The notes: generated by a model from the letters alone, not told the origin. 64,000 bases of DNA from Nemertoderma westbladi (GCA_032718475.1 JAUCBJ010007408.1:1-64000); one strand, 5' to 3'. Counted from the first letter of the stretch, positions 11,771 through 23,391 are shown. A program made the numbers and translations.

Positions 11771-13189
11771 TATCTCCGTGAGGGTCCGGTTGGTGCCCCT
11801 GTGCAATATCGACTTATGGGAGTCCCAGATGATCTGATGGACTATCGGTGATCCATTGGGGATGATGATGGGCTTTGGCGGAATGATGATACTGTTGTTG
11901 TTCGACACTCTAGAGTTCATCACTAAGATTCCATCATCGTTTAGTTGTGGCGACAGCGCGATCAGCTTTCTGTCCCGTCGGAGATGCTGTTGTTTGCCGA
12001 CGCGTTCCACCTCGTCACCGTAATTCTTCCTCTGTTCGTAGCGGATGACGGCCTTGGCTGCCCTTTCCAGATCGACGGTTATTTTACCTTTTGTATCTCT
12101 ACCGATTCCCCTAAGGAAGTCCCCGAAGGCTCTCCAGTACGCCACTAACTTCTTGGTCTTGTACCAACTTGAGCTGTAGCTAAGGAGTTTGTCCGTCGCG
12201 TTATCGCACAGTTCTTCCGGTTTCGGTTGCACGTCCCTTATCTCCCTCACCATCTCGCTGTATATTTCCTCACCTTCTGAATCTCCTCCCTCTTCATCTA
12301 ACGCTACTTGATCTGTGCCCGGGTCCACCTTTCTCATCGGCGGCCAGGCTGTCTTATCGTTCAGGAATTGCGGCCCATGCTGCCACAATACTTCCTTCTT
12401 CAAGAAAGTGTGGCATGCCACGCCCCTCGATAACAAGTCCGCTGGGTTCTCGTCCGTTGGGCAGTAGTGCCACCTTTCTAACTCTGTGGTCGCCCTTATT
12501 TCGTCCACCCTATTTGCGACGAATATAGGGTATCTCGTCCTTTCGTTATGTAGCCAGCCAAGCACTACCATGGAGTCCGTCCAATAGTGAGTCTCCACTA
12601 TGTTGGGAATGGCATCCACTAAGTAGGCTGTGGCCCTAACTCCTAATCTCGCAGCTGTCAACTCGAGTTTCAGAACTGATGCTGAATCTGGTGACGTTGA
12701 CTTCGCTTTGCTGAATGCGAGTCTGGGCTTATGAACCCCCTCTCGTTGTACTAAGTAGAGTGCCGCTCCGTATGCCTCTAATGACGCATCGGAGAACATG
12801 TGCAGATCCAGATTCGTCATGTCCCCATCCGGGAAATATACACATGGCATGCTGTATGTTCCCATCTGCTCTAAACTCTCTGTCCACTTGCTCCATTGCT
12901 TTCTGAGATCTTCCGGGACCTCTGTGTCCCAATCTTCCTTCAGCTTGTATACTTTCTTAAGTATCTGCTTCCCCGTGACTAGTAATGGGGATGCTAGGCC
13001 TAGGGGATCGTATATCCTCGCTATGTACGACACATAGCCCCTCTTTGTGTGGATATCTGCGCCCTCCTGACTCAACTGGTATTTCAACTCGTCTGTCTCT
13101 CGGTTCCACACGATCCCTAGTGCCTTCTGTTGGGACTCCACTCTCTTGTTCGCCATGTCCTGTCCCTTGGCTGTCGTGGGATTATCCAT
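11768..13189 (-). pseudogene. BEL RT connection / RNase H region
   Basis: KALGIVWN, IYDPLG, LHMFSDASLEAYGA, KLELTAA, YWTDSMVVLGW, FVANRV, NPADLLSRG, WQHGPQFL; frameshifted from the upstream ORF at ~13185. Confidence 0.93.
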
Positions 13190-16100
13190 GGTCGACTCTG
13201 GCCTCCTGTCCTCTATGGCCTTTCATGAACTCCTGCGAGCTGGATTGGAACTTGGTTAGGTTGAACCCGGATCCTTTTAGGATGTCGCGAACCTCGCGCC
13301 CCGTATCCAGTAGTTCCTTAACCGTATTTCCAGACTCCATCCCGTCGTCTACATAGAAGCCGCGTCGAATCATATCGACGGCTTTGACGCTACATTTATT
13401 CTCCTTTCCCTCTACTGTGTCTCTTACGGCCACAGTCGTCGTAAATGAAGACGACTTGGCTCCCATATTCTGTACTACCATCTTATACATCGGTATGGTC
13501 GACGGCTCCTCGTCGCCATCGTACCATAGGAAGCGCTGACTGTCGCTATCCTCTTCCGTTACACGGACTTGGTTGAACATGCCTTCGATGTCGCAGGTGA
13601 AAGCGTGTTTACCATTCCTGAATCTGAGTAGGACCTCGATCCCTGAGTTGTAGATGTTGGGACCCTCCAGCAGATAATCGTTTAGGCATTTGCCGTTGGT
13701 TTTAGCCGATGCGTCAACTACCATCCGCAGTTTACCTTTCTTCGGGTCTAGAGCCACGTGGAGTGGCAGGTAATAGGTCCTGTCCGTGTTTGGTTCGTCG
13801 ACCGGTAACTCCACGGCCCATCCTTTCTCGACATACTTCCTGATTGTCTTATGAATGTACTCATTCTTCTCGGGGCTCCATTTTAGCGTCTGCTTCAACT
13901 TACGAAGCCTCGTGAGTACCATTCCTTTATTGTCGGGTAGCGGTAGCTTCGGTAGCTTCCATACCATCCCTATGGTATACCGCCCCTCATCGCATGTCAT
14001 CGATTCCTTTACACTTTGTAAGGCCTGCTTGTCTTCTACCGAGGTTCCGACCCCGGTCTCTTTTAATCCCTCAAAATCCTGTCTGAGCAGTCTCCTGAGC
14101 TGCTCCTCTGCTCCCTCATCTCCCATTTTTCGCATAGTTCCCGCGAACATGCATCCTGATGTCTCCGACATCATAAATGGTATTTTGCTCCTGATTGGGC
14201 CGCTCAGCGTCCACCCGAATGGTGTTAAGATCGCCACCGGGTCACACTGCCTGTCTTCGCCGAAGACCGTTTGCATTCTCTCGTGGGCCGTCGGGCAGTC
14301 CATTCCTACTATAATGGATACCTTCCTAACGTCCACCTCTGGGATTGAGAAATCGATACTGTCCAGGAATCTATATTGTTCGACCTCGATGTTGGTTGGC
14401 CGCCTGGCGTTGATATTTATCGACTCTATCACCTGGATGGGGTCGATGGTCGCCCCATAGTCGCATCCCGGTGCTATTGCTGCTATTGCGCACCATCCGG
14501 TCCTCATCTCCAGGACCTCATCTTTGCTGGAGATGGTTGTTACCGCCATTCTACTTGGCCTCGTTCTCAATCCTATCTCTTCGGCCACCCAATCCTCAAC
14601 TAAGGTGAAGGCTGCACCACTATCGACCAGCATCAGTGTGGTTACTGATCGATTGCCTTCCCCGATTATCCTTACTGGTACTACCCCTAATAGTACCGTT
14701 CCTCTCTTCCTCGCCACTACGGTGCTTGTTGCCATCGTCTGACCTTTACTTTGACCGAACTTAATTGGCGTTTCCTTGCATTGGTTGGCTCTATGTCCGC
14801 TCATCACACATCGTGAACAGATTTCATTCCTTCTCGCGTATTCTACCTGATCTTCCCTGGGTAGCGCTTGCCAGTACCTGCAGTTCATGGTCTTATGAAG
14901 TGCATTTGTATGTAGTTGGCATTTGCTCTTTGGGTTGTAGCCATCCTTATAAAGTGCGTTGCATATCGCACTTATATTTGTACCAAAGTCCCTACTATTC
15001 TTATTGTTTGGGTTCGGCCTACTGGGCGTGCTGGGGTTATGTTTATTTGTGTTGTTATTTTTCCCCTGTCCGCTCCATGATGTGGTCTTACCCCCGGCTA
15101 CTTGTGGACTGGCAGTCCCCTGCGTTGCTGCGTACGGCAGTGACTGTCTGAGCTTTGGCAATGCGTTCGACGCGTTGTGCTCTGGTTTCGGCCTGTGGTA
15201 ATCGGTCTTTGGTCCCTTTCCCAGGCTATCCTCGCTATAGACTGGGTCCGTTATTAGTTCAGCTTCATAGTTTAAGAAGCTCGACATCTCTTCTAAACCC
15301 GGTTCCGCACCCTTCCTATCTCGAGTGGAGAAAGCGATTTCTCTCCACTTATTGCGCAGCCAAATCGGTAGTGCCTGCGCTATCGTAGTGATGTTGTTAG
15401 ACGCGTTGAGTTCGTATGGCGCATCCAGCGTCTTTAGTACGATTAGCGCCTTCTCGACTTTGTTAGCGAATGTCTTTATGCTAACGGGGTTATCCTGTAG
15501 GCCACCCGATGTTATACCTCTCAGGGTTTGCCGGATGATCTTGGCCGGGTGCCCGTACTCCCTGTCTAGTGCCCGCCATGCTGTCGTGAAGCCGCCCTCG
15601 ATGCCCTGGTATTGCCTCACGATGTCGTATGCTGGGCCTCCTGTATACACTTGTAGATACTTTAGGCACTCCGCCTGTGTCAAATTCTTTGTTAATATTT
15701 CATTACTATACATGCGCCGAAACTGTAGGTATTCTTCCGGCCTACTTCCATCGAATTTGAATGGTTCCACGGGTGGTAACTCGATCCTGGTCTTTAATGC
15801 ATCGATTAACGTGGCCATTCCCATCGCTTGCGCTTCCAATGGGTTCGACGGATGCTGTATAGATTCTCCTGTTGGGTGCGGTCCCTTCGTCCTTATTGCT
15901 GCTTTCCTTTGGCTTGGATATATCATTGGGGGTAGCGGCCCCCTCCATATTTCGGTATCGCACGATCTATTCTCGTCCAAGGGGTTCGGTATTCTTGTTC
16001 CTATTGGGGTATATTGTTGATATTGTGATGGGGGAATGTCACCCTGTCCCCCCCCCCCCCCCACCGGTATGTTTGGTACTGGGGTTGATGTTAATATATT

Positions 16101-16853
16101 GGGGCCCATGCACCTATCCGCAATAATTCTCCCCTCCCCTGGGTATATGTTATGTCCTTGCATGCTGTAGTCATACTGCTGTGCTGGTACCGGTATAGGC
16201 CTATCCACTTCTGGCCTACCTGCCGGTATGTACTCCGCGACTTCCGGGTTTAATCCCGTCGTTCGCGCTATCCTATCGCCTACATTATCTCTCCCAGCAT
16301 GGCCTATGGTATGTGCAGTAAGGCCTACAGTATGTCCTGCAGTCTGTATGTGTCGCTCGGGATCAAAGTTTAACCTTCTCGAATAATCCTCCCCGCGACT
16401 ACCGTACTCTCGATCGGTAGGTATATCCCGTCGGGAAGTTTCTCTTCGACCCCCTCTACTGCTCTCGTCCTCATACCGGTACATCCCGTACCCCTCTCTC
16501 TGTGCGTAATACGCCTCGTCAGGTCGCGTTTCCCCGGGACGACGGCAATCTCCCAGAGCCCGACCCCACCGACTCTCCGTCTCCATCTCTACTACCGACG
16601 GCTCACTATCCGTCCTCGCCCTCCTGTCGTTCGCGACGACACTTCTTCTACTCTCTTCCCCTCTTCTCTCTGTAGTGCAGTATCCCCGGTCATGAGATCT
16701 CTCGTCGACCTCCCGGTTAAACTCCACTGTTCTTCTTCCCTCTTCTGATTGGGCTTGGCGTCTCGTCGCTCGCCCTCTCGCGACGTCAACCTGTCTCTCT
16801 CTGCTCGATCGCACGCCGCTGGGGATACTCGTAACCCCCCTACTATTCTCCAT
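13182..16853 (-). CDS. BEL gag core + zinc knuckles + aspartic protease + reverse transcriptase (1223-aa open segment)
   Basis: Gag FDGSRPEEY..F; CSRCVMSGHRANQC; protease LVDSGAAFTLV; RT YYLPLH, KLRMVVDAS, CLNDYLLEGP, DIEGMFNQV, FYVDD. Confidence 0.93.
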   Translation of the reverse strand: MENSRGVTSIPSGVRSSRERQVDVARGRATRRQAQSEEGRRTVEFNREVDERSHDRGYCTTERRGEESRRSVVANDRRARTDSEPSVVEMETESRWGRALGDCRRPGETRPDEAYYAQREGYGMYRYEDESSRGGRRETSRRDIPTDREYGSRGEDYSRRLNFDPERHIQTAGHTVGLTAHTIGHAGRDNVGDRIARTTGLNPEVAEYIPAGRPEVDRPIPVPAQQYDYSMQGHNIYPGEGRIIADRCMGPNILTSTPVPNIPVGGGGGQGDIPPSQYQQYTPIGTRIPNPLDENRSCDTEIWRGPLPPMIYPSQRKAAIRTKGPHPTGESIQHPSNPLEAQAMGMATLIDALKTRIELPPVEPFKFDGSRPEEYLQFRRMYSNEILTKNLTQAECLKYLQVYTGGPAYDIVRQYQGIEGGFTTAWRALDREYGHPAKIIRQTLRGITSGGLQDNPVSIKTFANKVEKALIVLKTLDAPYELNASNNITTIAQALPIWLRNKWREIAFSTRDRKGAEPGLEEMSSFLNYEAELITDPVYSEDSLGKGPKTDYHRPKPEHNASNALPKLRQSLPYAATQGTASPQVAGGKTTSWSGQGKNNNTNKHNPSTPSRPNPNNKNSRDFGTNISAICNALYKDGYNPKSKCQLHTNALHKTMNCRYWQALPREDQVEYARRNEICSRCVMSGHRANQCKETPIKFGQSKGQTMATSTVVARKRGTVLLGVVPVRIIGEGNRSVTTLMLVDSGAAFTLVEDWVAEEIGLRTRPSRMAVTTISSKDEVLEMRTGWCAIAAIAPGCDYGATIDPIQVIESININARRPTNIEVEQYRFLDSIDFSIPEVDVRKVSIIVGMDCPTAHERMQTVFGEDRQCDPVAILTPFGWTLSGPIRSKIPFMMSETSGCMFAGTMRKMGDEGAEEQLRRLLRQDFEGLKETGVGTSVEDKQALQSVKESMTCDEGRYTIGMVWKLPKLPLPDNKGMVLTRLRKLKQTLKWSPEKNEYIHKTIRKYVEKGWAVELPVDEPNTDRTYYLPLHVALDPKKGKLRMVVDASAKTNGKCLNDYLLEGPNIYNSGIEVLLRFRNGKHAFTCDIEGMFNQVRVTEEDSDSQRFLWYDGDEEPSTIPMYKMVVQNMGAKSSSFTTTVAVRDTVEGKENKCSVKAVDMIRRGFYVDDGMESGNTVKELLDTGREVRDILKGSGFNLTKFQSSSQEFMKGHRGQEARVDHG

Positions 16854-19093
16854 CGCCGGGTGCTGCGGTTCACCTAATTCACCCCGCGCACTATCCGCCG
16901 ACGCCTGTGGGACACTCTCTGCCCCCCCCCCCCCCCCCGCTCGCCGCTAATCCCTCATTGTGGGGCTCCTGTAGCCCCCCCCCCCACTCGCCACCTATTA
17001 CTTCACTATCTCTCACTTCACCTCCAAACCCCTCTCTAGTCGACACACTAACCCTACCGCGGCTGGGTCTATTCACCCCCGCCTCTCTCTCTGCTACTGT
17101 GTGGCCTACCAGGCCTTCCACTTCCTGCCTACTAACTGCGTGGCCTACCAGGCCCCCATCGGGTTGACTCAACCCCGCCACCTCCTGCCTACTAACTACG
17201 TGGCCTACCAGGCCCTCACTGGGTTGACTCAACCCCGCCACTTCCTGCCTACTAACTACGTGGCCTACCAGGCCCTCGTTTACCGGGCTATGCACGTCCG
17301 CCACGCTCATATTAATAGCACCACTGCCAGTATTGTCTGTTAAATCAATCAAATCCTCCAAATCAATTAAATTATTTTGCACGCCTAAATTAGAAACGGG
17401 GTTATTTTGTTCGTTCGAAATAAGATTATTTGAATTATTTTGCGCATTTATATTATTTGAATTATTTTGTAAATTTAGATTTAAATTATTTGAATTAGGA
17501 TTATTCGGATTATTTAAATTAGTATTATTATTTGAATTATTTGTATTTAAATTTAAATTACTACTACTAGGTAAAATATTTCCTGCAATAAAGGTTTGGT
17601 TAGAATTATCCAATACGGTACTATTAATATTAACGTCCTCTACTCTATTATTATTATTACCCCCCCCCCCCCCCCCCCGCCCGTACGGTCACACCAGTCT
17701 TGGGTCTGTCGTGCGGTCCCTGTAAGTGGGGCATTAATAAACGTTTTCCTAACTCCCGGCTCCTCGTAAATACTCGAGCCAGCCTCGCTCTCTGATAGCC
17801 CCATCTGCGCCAGTTCCAGTCGGCGCTTCTGTTTGGCTTGATATTGAATAAGCCCCCTTAGGCGGGCATGCAAATCATCCCGCACACGCTTCCCCGTTGC
17901 CTCTCTCTCCAGATCCTCCCGCGCACTCTGATCGGCTAATTCCGCCTCTCTCGCAACCCTCTTGAGTCGTCTCGCCTCGCGCTCCCTTCGCTCACCTTCC
18001 GCCCTCGCCTCGCGCTCTTTACGTTCACTCTGCTCTCTCGCACGTTCACTCTGCTCTCTCGCCTCACGCTCTTCTCGTCTATTCTGCTCTCTCGCCTCAC
18101 TCGCCGCCTCGCGCTCTTCTTGCTCCTTCCTTTCTATCCTCCCTATTTCCTCGCACTCCTTAAAGCTTCTTGCGACCTTCTCGGCCCTCTCTCTGTTCTC
18201 TCTAACCAGTTCTTTCTCCTTCTCTAATAACGCACTCCCTTCCTCTAACTGTCTCTCTAATTCTCTCTGGTCTAGCGCCGCCAGATCGAGCTGGCACGCC
18301 AGATCTATTTCCCTCACCCGTCTTTCTTTTGCGGAGGATGTAGCAGACTTATCGGCCGCGACGGACTCCCGTCGTCTTCCCGTCCTACTAACTTTCCCCC
18401 GCCTCCCGGAATTTTCTCCGACCGACGAGACCGAATCCTCGGGGTTAACCTCGGATTCGCTCTCCTGCGGTCTCCTCCAACCCACCAATTTTCTCCCCGG
18501 CCATCGACTAAGTATGGCCCTACGTACACTACGCTAGGTTCCATACCCTTACATTCCCATAGTTCAAACAGTTCACTGGCAACCCCTCTCGCTCTCTCGT
18601 CGGCTAGTTCTGCCTGCCCAAAGCGCACTAAGTAATCAAAATGTTTGTTCGACTCACCTAGCCGCTTCTTTAACTTCACCTCGTCTATCTTCGCCCCTCC
18701 TTTGGCTTCTCTTAGCTGCTTCCGGGTCGCGGCGTAGGCTCATTGGAGCCGGTTGCTGACCCCGACGTCCTCATCGCCGACGTCTCCTCTATCCCTCCGT
18801 GTCCGGCGTCGTACCGGCGGCCCCACCGTCGCCGTTCCGGTGGGCCGTCCGTCGCCCTCGGCCTGTGGCTGGCCGGCGACTTCGGCACGTCGACCGCCGC
18901 TCTGTGTCGACTCGTCTCTCCCTTCTCTCGACTCGTCTTCTCGTTGTAGATGGCCCCCCTCCTCTTGGATTGCCGGAGTGCCTGTGGTCGACGAACCCGG
19001 CGTCGTGGGTCGGTACCGTCGCGTCGCGGCCTCGCGGATCGTTAGGTCGCCGTCCGGGGTCCGCGGCGGTGTCGTTTCTCCTCCTCGATTCAT
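16854..19093 (-). pseudogene. Long N-terminal gag extension (coiled-coil, Asn-rich block, 60-bp repeats), interrupted
   Basis: ORF pieces 18740-19093, 18314-18679, 17640-18488 and 16891-17613; the first three are collinear with element 2 ORFs 55328-56420. Breaks are at an in-frame TGA (18740), a frameshift near 18500 and poly-C runs (17660-17678, ~16920-16985). Confidence 0.75.
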
Positions 19094-19147
19094 CTTTTCT
19101 CTGGCTGACTAGTCAGTTTCTAGCGGGCAACAGTTGGCTCTTATCAC

Positions 19148-19723
19148 TGTGACGGGATCCACCGAGGATCCCGGTTTATCCGGTTTCTTATCTACGCGTC
19201 CCCGCCGTGTGTGTGTAAAAGAGTTCTGATATTGTTGACTGATCGTTGATAGTATAAATACAAGGGTATAATATAGAATCAGAATAAGATATAACACAGT
19301 TGATTGTAAAGTGAAGTGTACCGGTAAAATGGATTAATATGGTGGTGGCAGTAGACGGAGATGGTGATAAGAGTTTTGGTACTGCTCTAACTAACTGACT
19401 TACTAAAGTGAATGAAATTGGAACAACCACCGGTAATATATTGCACTGGTTGGCCGTGTTACATTACTCAGTGGATGCCTTCCCCCATTGGCTAATAACT
19501 AATTTCTCACCCTCCCATCTCTCTGGGAGTGTTTCCCCCTGCTGCTATCACTCTCTCCCTCCCGGAGGTGTAACCTCTGACCCCCACTGTGTGTTCCCTT
19601 TGGGGCTTGTCGCCCCGTTTTATTGGGGTGACACGAGGTTGATTGGTAATCAACCTCGTGCTCCCAATATTGCTTAAAGCTAACTTTGTGTGGGCCTGGT
19701 TAGCGGAATTGAATACGCTAACA
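19148..19723 (-). repeat. 5' LTR of element 1 (576 bp)
   Basis: Direct repeat of 5769-6360; TG...CA ends; followed by TSD TACAG. Confidence 0.95.
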
Positions 19724-20336
19724 TACAGTATATTTTTAAACAGATATTTAATATCTGTTGTGCATTATTTGCTATATACTGTGCCCGAGATGTCTCCTTG
19801 CATCCAAATAATATAATAATTAGGCAATAAATAATCTGGTTTGACGTCGTCTTTTGTTTCTCCGGCAGGTGGGAGTATAGGGACGACACCTGTTACGCAG
19901 CACGTGACATAAACTTATGTCAACTCGAAATAATTATATGCAGATGTCCCCAATCTCTTTTACCCCCTTGTGGCAGACTGTGTTACTGCAGCCGGTTTAA
20001 AACCTTACAAAAACACACATGTGGTCTAGAATATACAGTATGTGGCCGCCAGAGGTACTGTACTGTATCAATTAGAAATAAATGGCTGATAGGTAGTTTT
20101 CATTTCAGAATTTTTCGAAATAATCATTTCAGCCCTCTAGCGGTAGATTGGAGAACTGCAGTTGTATTAGCATAACACCATAATGGTTAGTGCATACTGT
20201 ATATGCCAGATTCAGATGAAACGGATTAAAATCACAGAAATGGCAGAAAGTAGGCCTACCACTTTCAGACAATTTATCTAGTGGCGGACTGGAGAACTGC
20301 ATCTCGACCACCTCCCTCACAAAAACGGAACATGTG

Positions 20337-20464
20337 AGTAGTAGATAAAGCATGGCCCTCGCAGAAGTCCTCCCTAAGCCTGGGCTATGCACATTTCGTT
20401 CGGAGGCAATTAAAAAATACCAAATTCTGGTGCTAAATTGCGACGCGGGCCACATCTGTCACCA
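20337..20464 (+). repeat. Polinton left TIR (core)
   Basis: Reverse complement of 39889-40016 with about two mismatches. Confidence 0.93.
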
Positions 20465-21007
20465 AACCAATCAATCCAACCAACCAAGCAGCCTGCCTAC
20501 CAGTCCAATCCAACGCTATTATGATACGTGTTGAAATTCCGCCACGTTCCAGCTACACGTATACGAATATTTCCATAGTTATTTCCTATCCACGCAACCA
20601 ACCACTGTATACTGTATATGCTGACAACGTGGCCACCAACTACACGCATCATGCATATATTATATTATATTGATTGCCAACTCCACGACTGCTGTCGCCA
20701 AATCAACAAACCAACTAGTATGATACATGAGATTCCGTCACGTTCTAGCTACGCGTATACGAGTATTAGTGATCATTATTACGCAATAATTTTTTTTGTT
20801 TATACAGTAGTTCCCTACCAGCTAATCAACCAATCAATAAACCGAATTTAGGCTATTTCTCAGTTTAAGACCTGTATTATTTTTGAAAATATCTTATATA
20901 TATAATCTCTTGCTTTAATCGCAATTAATCATTTGTAATGGTTTTAGTTTAAAAGTTTTTACTTTGTTTGTTTGATTTACAATAAAATAAAGTAATAAAG
21001 TAAAATA

Positions 21008-21454
21008 ATGTCTTCTGATTCCGATATGGTTATGCCAATGGTAAGGCATTCATTTTTTGCAGAAGATGGTCAAGCCTATATTGTTATTGATTATACAATT
21101 TACCGTCAGGGAGATGATAAATATAAAATTGAGTTTTCTGAAAAAGCCAGGAAAGTTTTAAGCTCAATTGATATTGATGCTTCTGATAATAGTGTTCATC
21201 TTTTAGATTACAACCTGAAAGCTGAGCATGGGGGAGGAAAATTAAGCAACATTTTACTATTATCCATGATAGAGGGGTTTATTGTTATTACACAATACAA
21301 CGAAGCTGGTGAAAAGTTTGAAATACGGCTAAATCGGCATAGCCCCTACGAAATTATGTCTTTCTTTATTGTAATGATTTCAAAAGAATCCTTTGTCGAA
21401 CCTGAAGAATCAACGGATAATGTTGAATATGTTGATAATATCATTGATTCTTGA
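21008..21454 (+). CDS. Polinton hypothetical protein (148 aa)
   Basis: Clean ORF with an AATAATG start context like neighbouring genes; no motif recognised. Confidence 0.6.
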   Translation: MSSDSDMVMPMVRHSFFAEDGQAYIVIDYTIYRQGDDKYKIEFSEKARKVLSSIDIDASDNSVHLLDYNLKAEHGGGKLSNILLLSMIEGFIVITQYNEAGEKFEIRLNRHSPYEIMSFFIVMISKESFVEPEESTDNVEYVDNIIDS

Positions 21455-21623
21455 CTTTTCCCCCTATATTATAAATATTTTATGATTATATATAAAATTT
21501 TGTTGTTTTTAAATAATCGAAAATTGTAGTAGTATTTGTATATACAGTATAACAGTTTTGTTTGTTGTTGTTGTTGTTGTGTATTGTGGTAATTATTTTC
21601 AAATTTACTTTAAAATTTGGAAA

Positions 21624-22076
21624 ATGGATATTTTAAATGAAAAATGTCCAGTTTGCTATTCTAAGTTATTGCAACAACATCGGGATTATTATAAGTGTGA
21701 AAATAAACATGCAACTTGCGTACAATGTATTGCACAATATTCAGAAATGAATAATTATTGTTCTAAAATTTGTCCTATTTGTCGCGCACCCATATCTAAG
21801 TTTAATATAAAGTTGGCAAGATACCAACCCTATTATTGGAAAGAGCTTCGCAATATAACTTATATTTCTGCGAAAAGTAATGATCCGGGAGATTTATTTA
21901 CAATATTGGAGAATATTTTTTATAGAAACGTAGTACGACGCTGTTGCTACTATATTCCTTATTTTTTTAGCAGCGAACATAAAAAAATCATTAGCGCGAA
22001 ATTTTCGGGAAGTGATTTCCAATCCGCCGATATTACCTATCATTATTTCGCATATAAAGATGCTCACCATGCTTGA
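21624..22076 (+). CDS. RING-finger (C3HC4) protein, putative E3 ligase
   Basis: CPVC-x13-C..KH..CVQC...CPICR pattern; ATG at 21624. Confidence 0.8.
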   Translation: MDILNEKCPVCYSKLLQQHRDYYKCENKHATCVQCIAQYSEMNNYCSKICPICRAPISKFNIKLARYQPYYWKELRNITYISAKSNDPGDLFTILENIFYRNVVRRCCYYIPYFFSSEHKKIISAKFSGSDFQSADITYHYFAYKDAHHA

Positions 22077-22289
22077 AATTACATCAGTCTATACTATAAT
22101 TGGAAATAGCACCTTTTGCTGCAGCGAGCGTCACATACTGTAGTGGCGTCGTATGTTAATTAAATATACAGTACTCTAATATTGTAGTTGCATCAATTAT
22201 TGTTATATACATAGTAATGGTGTTGGTTTATTGATATTGATATTGATATTATATTATATTGTATTGTTGATATATCTTAATAATAATAA

Positions 22290-22970
22290 ATGGCTGACTT
22301 TAATTCAGGTCCATATAATTTAAACTTTCAAATGGGTACAAGTATGATAATTTCAGGGCCATCTGGTTCCGGAAAGTCTACATTTGTTGGCAATTTAATT
22401 AAACACAAGAATGGTTGTTTCAACGAAGCCCCCTTGCGAGTATTGTATTGTTACGGGAGCAATCCCCCGACTATTCCTGGTATTACTCACCTTTACAAAG
22501 GCTTGCCTGAAAATATAGATAGTTTAGTGAATAGTCGAGATTTATTAATTATAGATGATTTGTTAACAGAAACTGAGTCCAGTACAGCTTTAACTGTATT
22601 GTTTACTAAGGTAGCTCATCATTCCAATATATTTATTTGTTTTATAACGCAAAACATGTTTTACGGTGGGAAGCATAACCGCACAAGATCAATTAATAGC
22701 CATACTTTAGTATTAATGAAAAATCCGAGAGACAGTCTATCGGTTTTAAATTTCGCGAAGCAGATGTTACCAGGGCAGACCAAATTTTTAGTTGATTCCT
22801 ATCAAGATGCGACAATTGAACCATTTTCACATTTCTTAATTGATTTACGACAGGAAACACCCGAACATTTAAGATTTAGATCTGATATATTTCGTAATCA
22901 TAATTGTTACATTAAAAATTACACTGACTATAAACGTAGCGAAAATAATAATAATAATAATGATAAATAA
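22290..22970 (+). CDS. A32/FtsK-like genome packaging ATPase
   Basis: Walker A GPSGSGKST, Walker B LLIIDD, HH.NI...ITQN, RTRSIN, KNPRD. Confidence 0.93.
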   Translation: MADFNSGPYNLNFQMGTSMIISGPSGSGKSTFVGNLIKHKNGCFNEAPLRVLYCYGSNPPTIPGITHLYKGLPENIDSLVNSRDLLIIDDLLTETESSTALTVLFTKVAHHSNIFICFITQNMFYGGKHNRTRSINSHTLVLMKNPRDSLSVLNFAKQMLPGQTKFLVDSYQDATIEPFSHFLIDLRQETPEHLRFRSDIFRNHNCYIKNYTDYKRSENNNNNNDK

Positions 22971-23007
22971 TTAATATTTTGTAACAATTTTCAATAATGT
23001 TGCAACA

Positions 23008-23391
23008 ATGAATATACTTGTGCAGAAATATCGTAACGAACTGGAATTTCTATGCAGCGCTACCCCTCAACAAAGAACTTATTTTATTAACCATACCGCC
23101 AGTAACGAATTAATACGACTCATTGTAAATACTGCATTAAATGTTCTAAAAGGTAATGTACAATTGACCCCTCATTCATTTAGAAATATTCGCCGCTATA
23201 AGAAGGTATTGAAATCACTCAACCGTAAAACAAAAAATATATCAAGTTACAGAAAAAAGTTAAGCAATCAATCTGGAGGCATACTACCGTTTCTAATACC
23301 CTTACTCGGCATTGGTGCGAAACTTGCCGCGAGTGCCGGTGCCGCTGCCGCGGGGGCTGCTATTGCGAAAAAAATTAACCGTGGACGGTAG
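23008..23391 (+). CDS. Small basic Polinton virion/core protein
   Basis: Basic protein with QSGG followed by hydrophobic ILPFLIPLLG, typical of Maverick small structural proteins with an adenain-type cleavage site. Confidence 0.7.
   Translation: MNILVQKYRNELEFLCSATPQQRTYFINHTASNELIRLIVNTALNVLKGNVQLTPHSFRNIRRYKKVLKSLNRKTKNISSYRKKLSNQSGGILPFLIPLLGIGAKLAASAGAAAAGAAIAKKINRGR

Larger units (their letters stand above)
5769..19723 (-). mobile_element. Full-length BEL/Pao LTR retrotransposon (element 1, 13,955 bp), coding-defective
   Basis: Two near-identical TG...CA LTRs, 5-bp TSD TACAG (5764-5768 / 19724-19728), and a PPT GGGGGGGAG next to the 3' LTR (6361-6369). Domain order gag-PR-RT-RH-IN with BEL-type motifs. 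Confidence 0.96.

Noticed and set aside
7731-18742. TGA recoding or programmed readthrough in element 1
   Set aside because: Element 2 has Arg codons at comparable sites, and TGA terminates normal Polinton ORFs; CpG decay is simpler.
20129-20455. Similar ORFs at 20129-20455 and 39898-40173
   Set aside because: Similarity comes only from the TIR; the frames run out into unrelated flanks.
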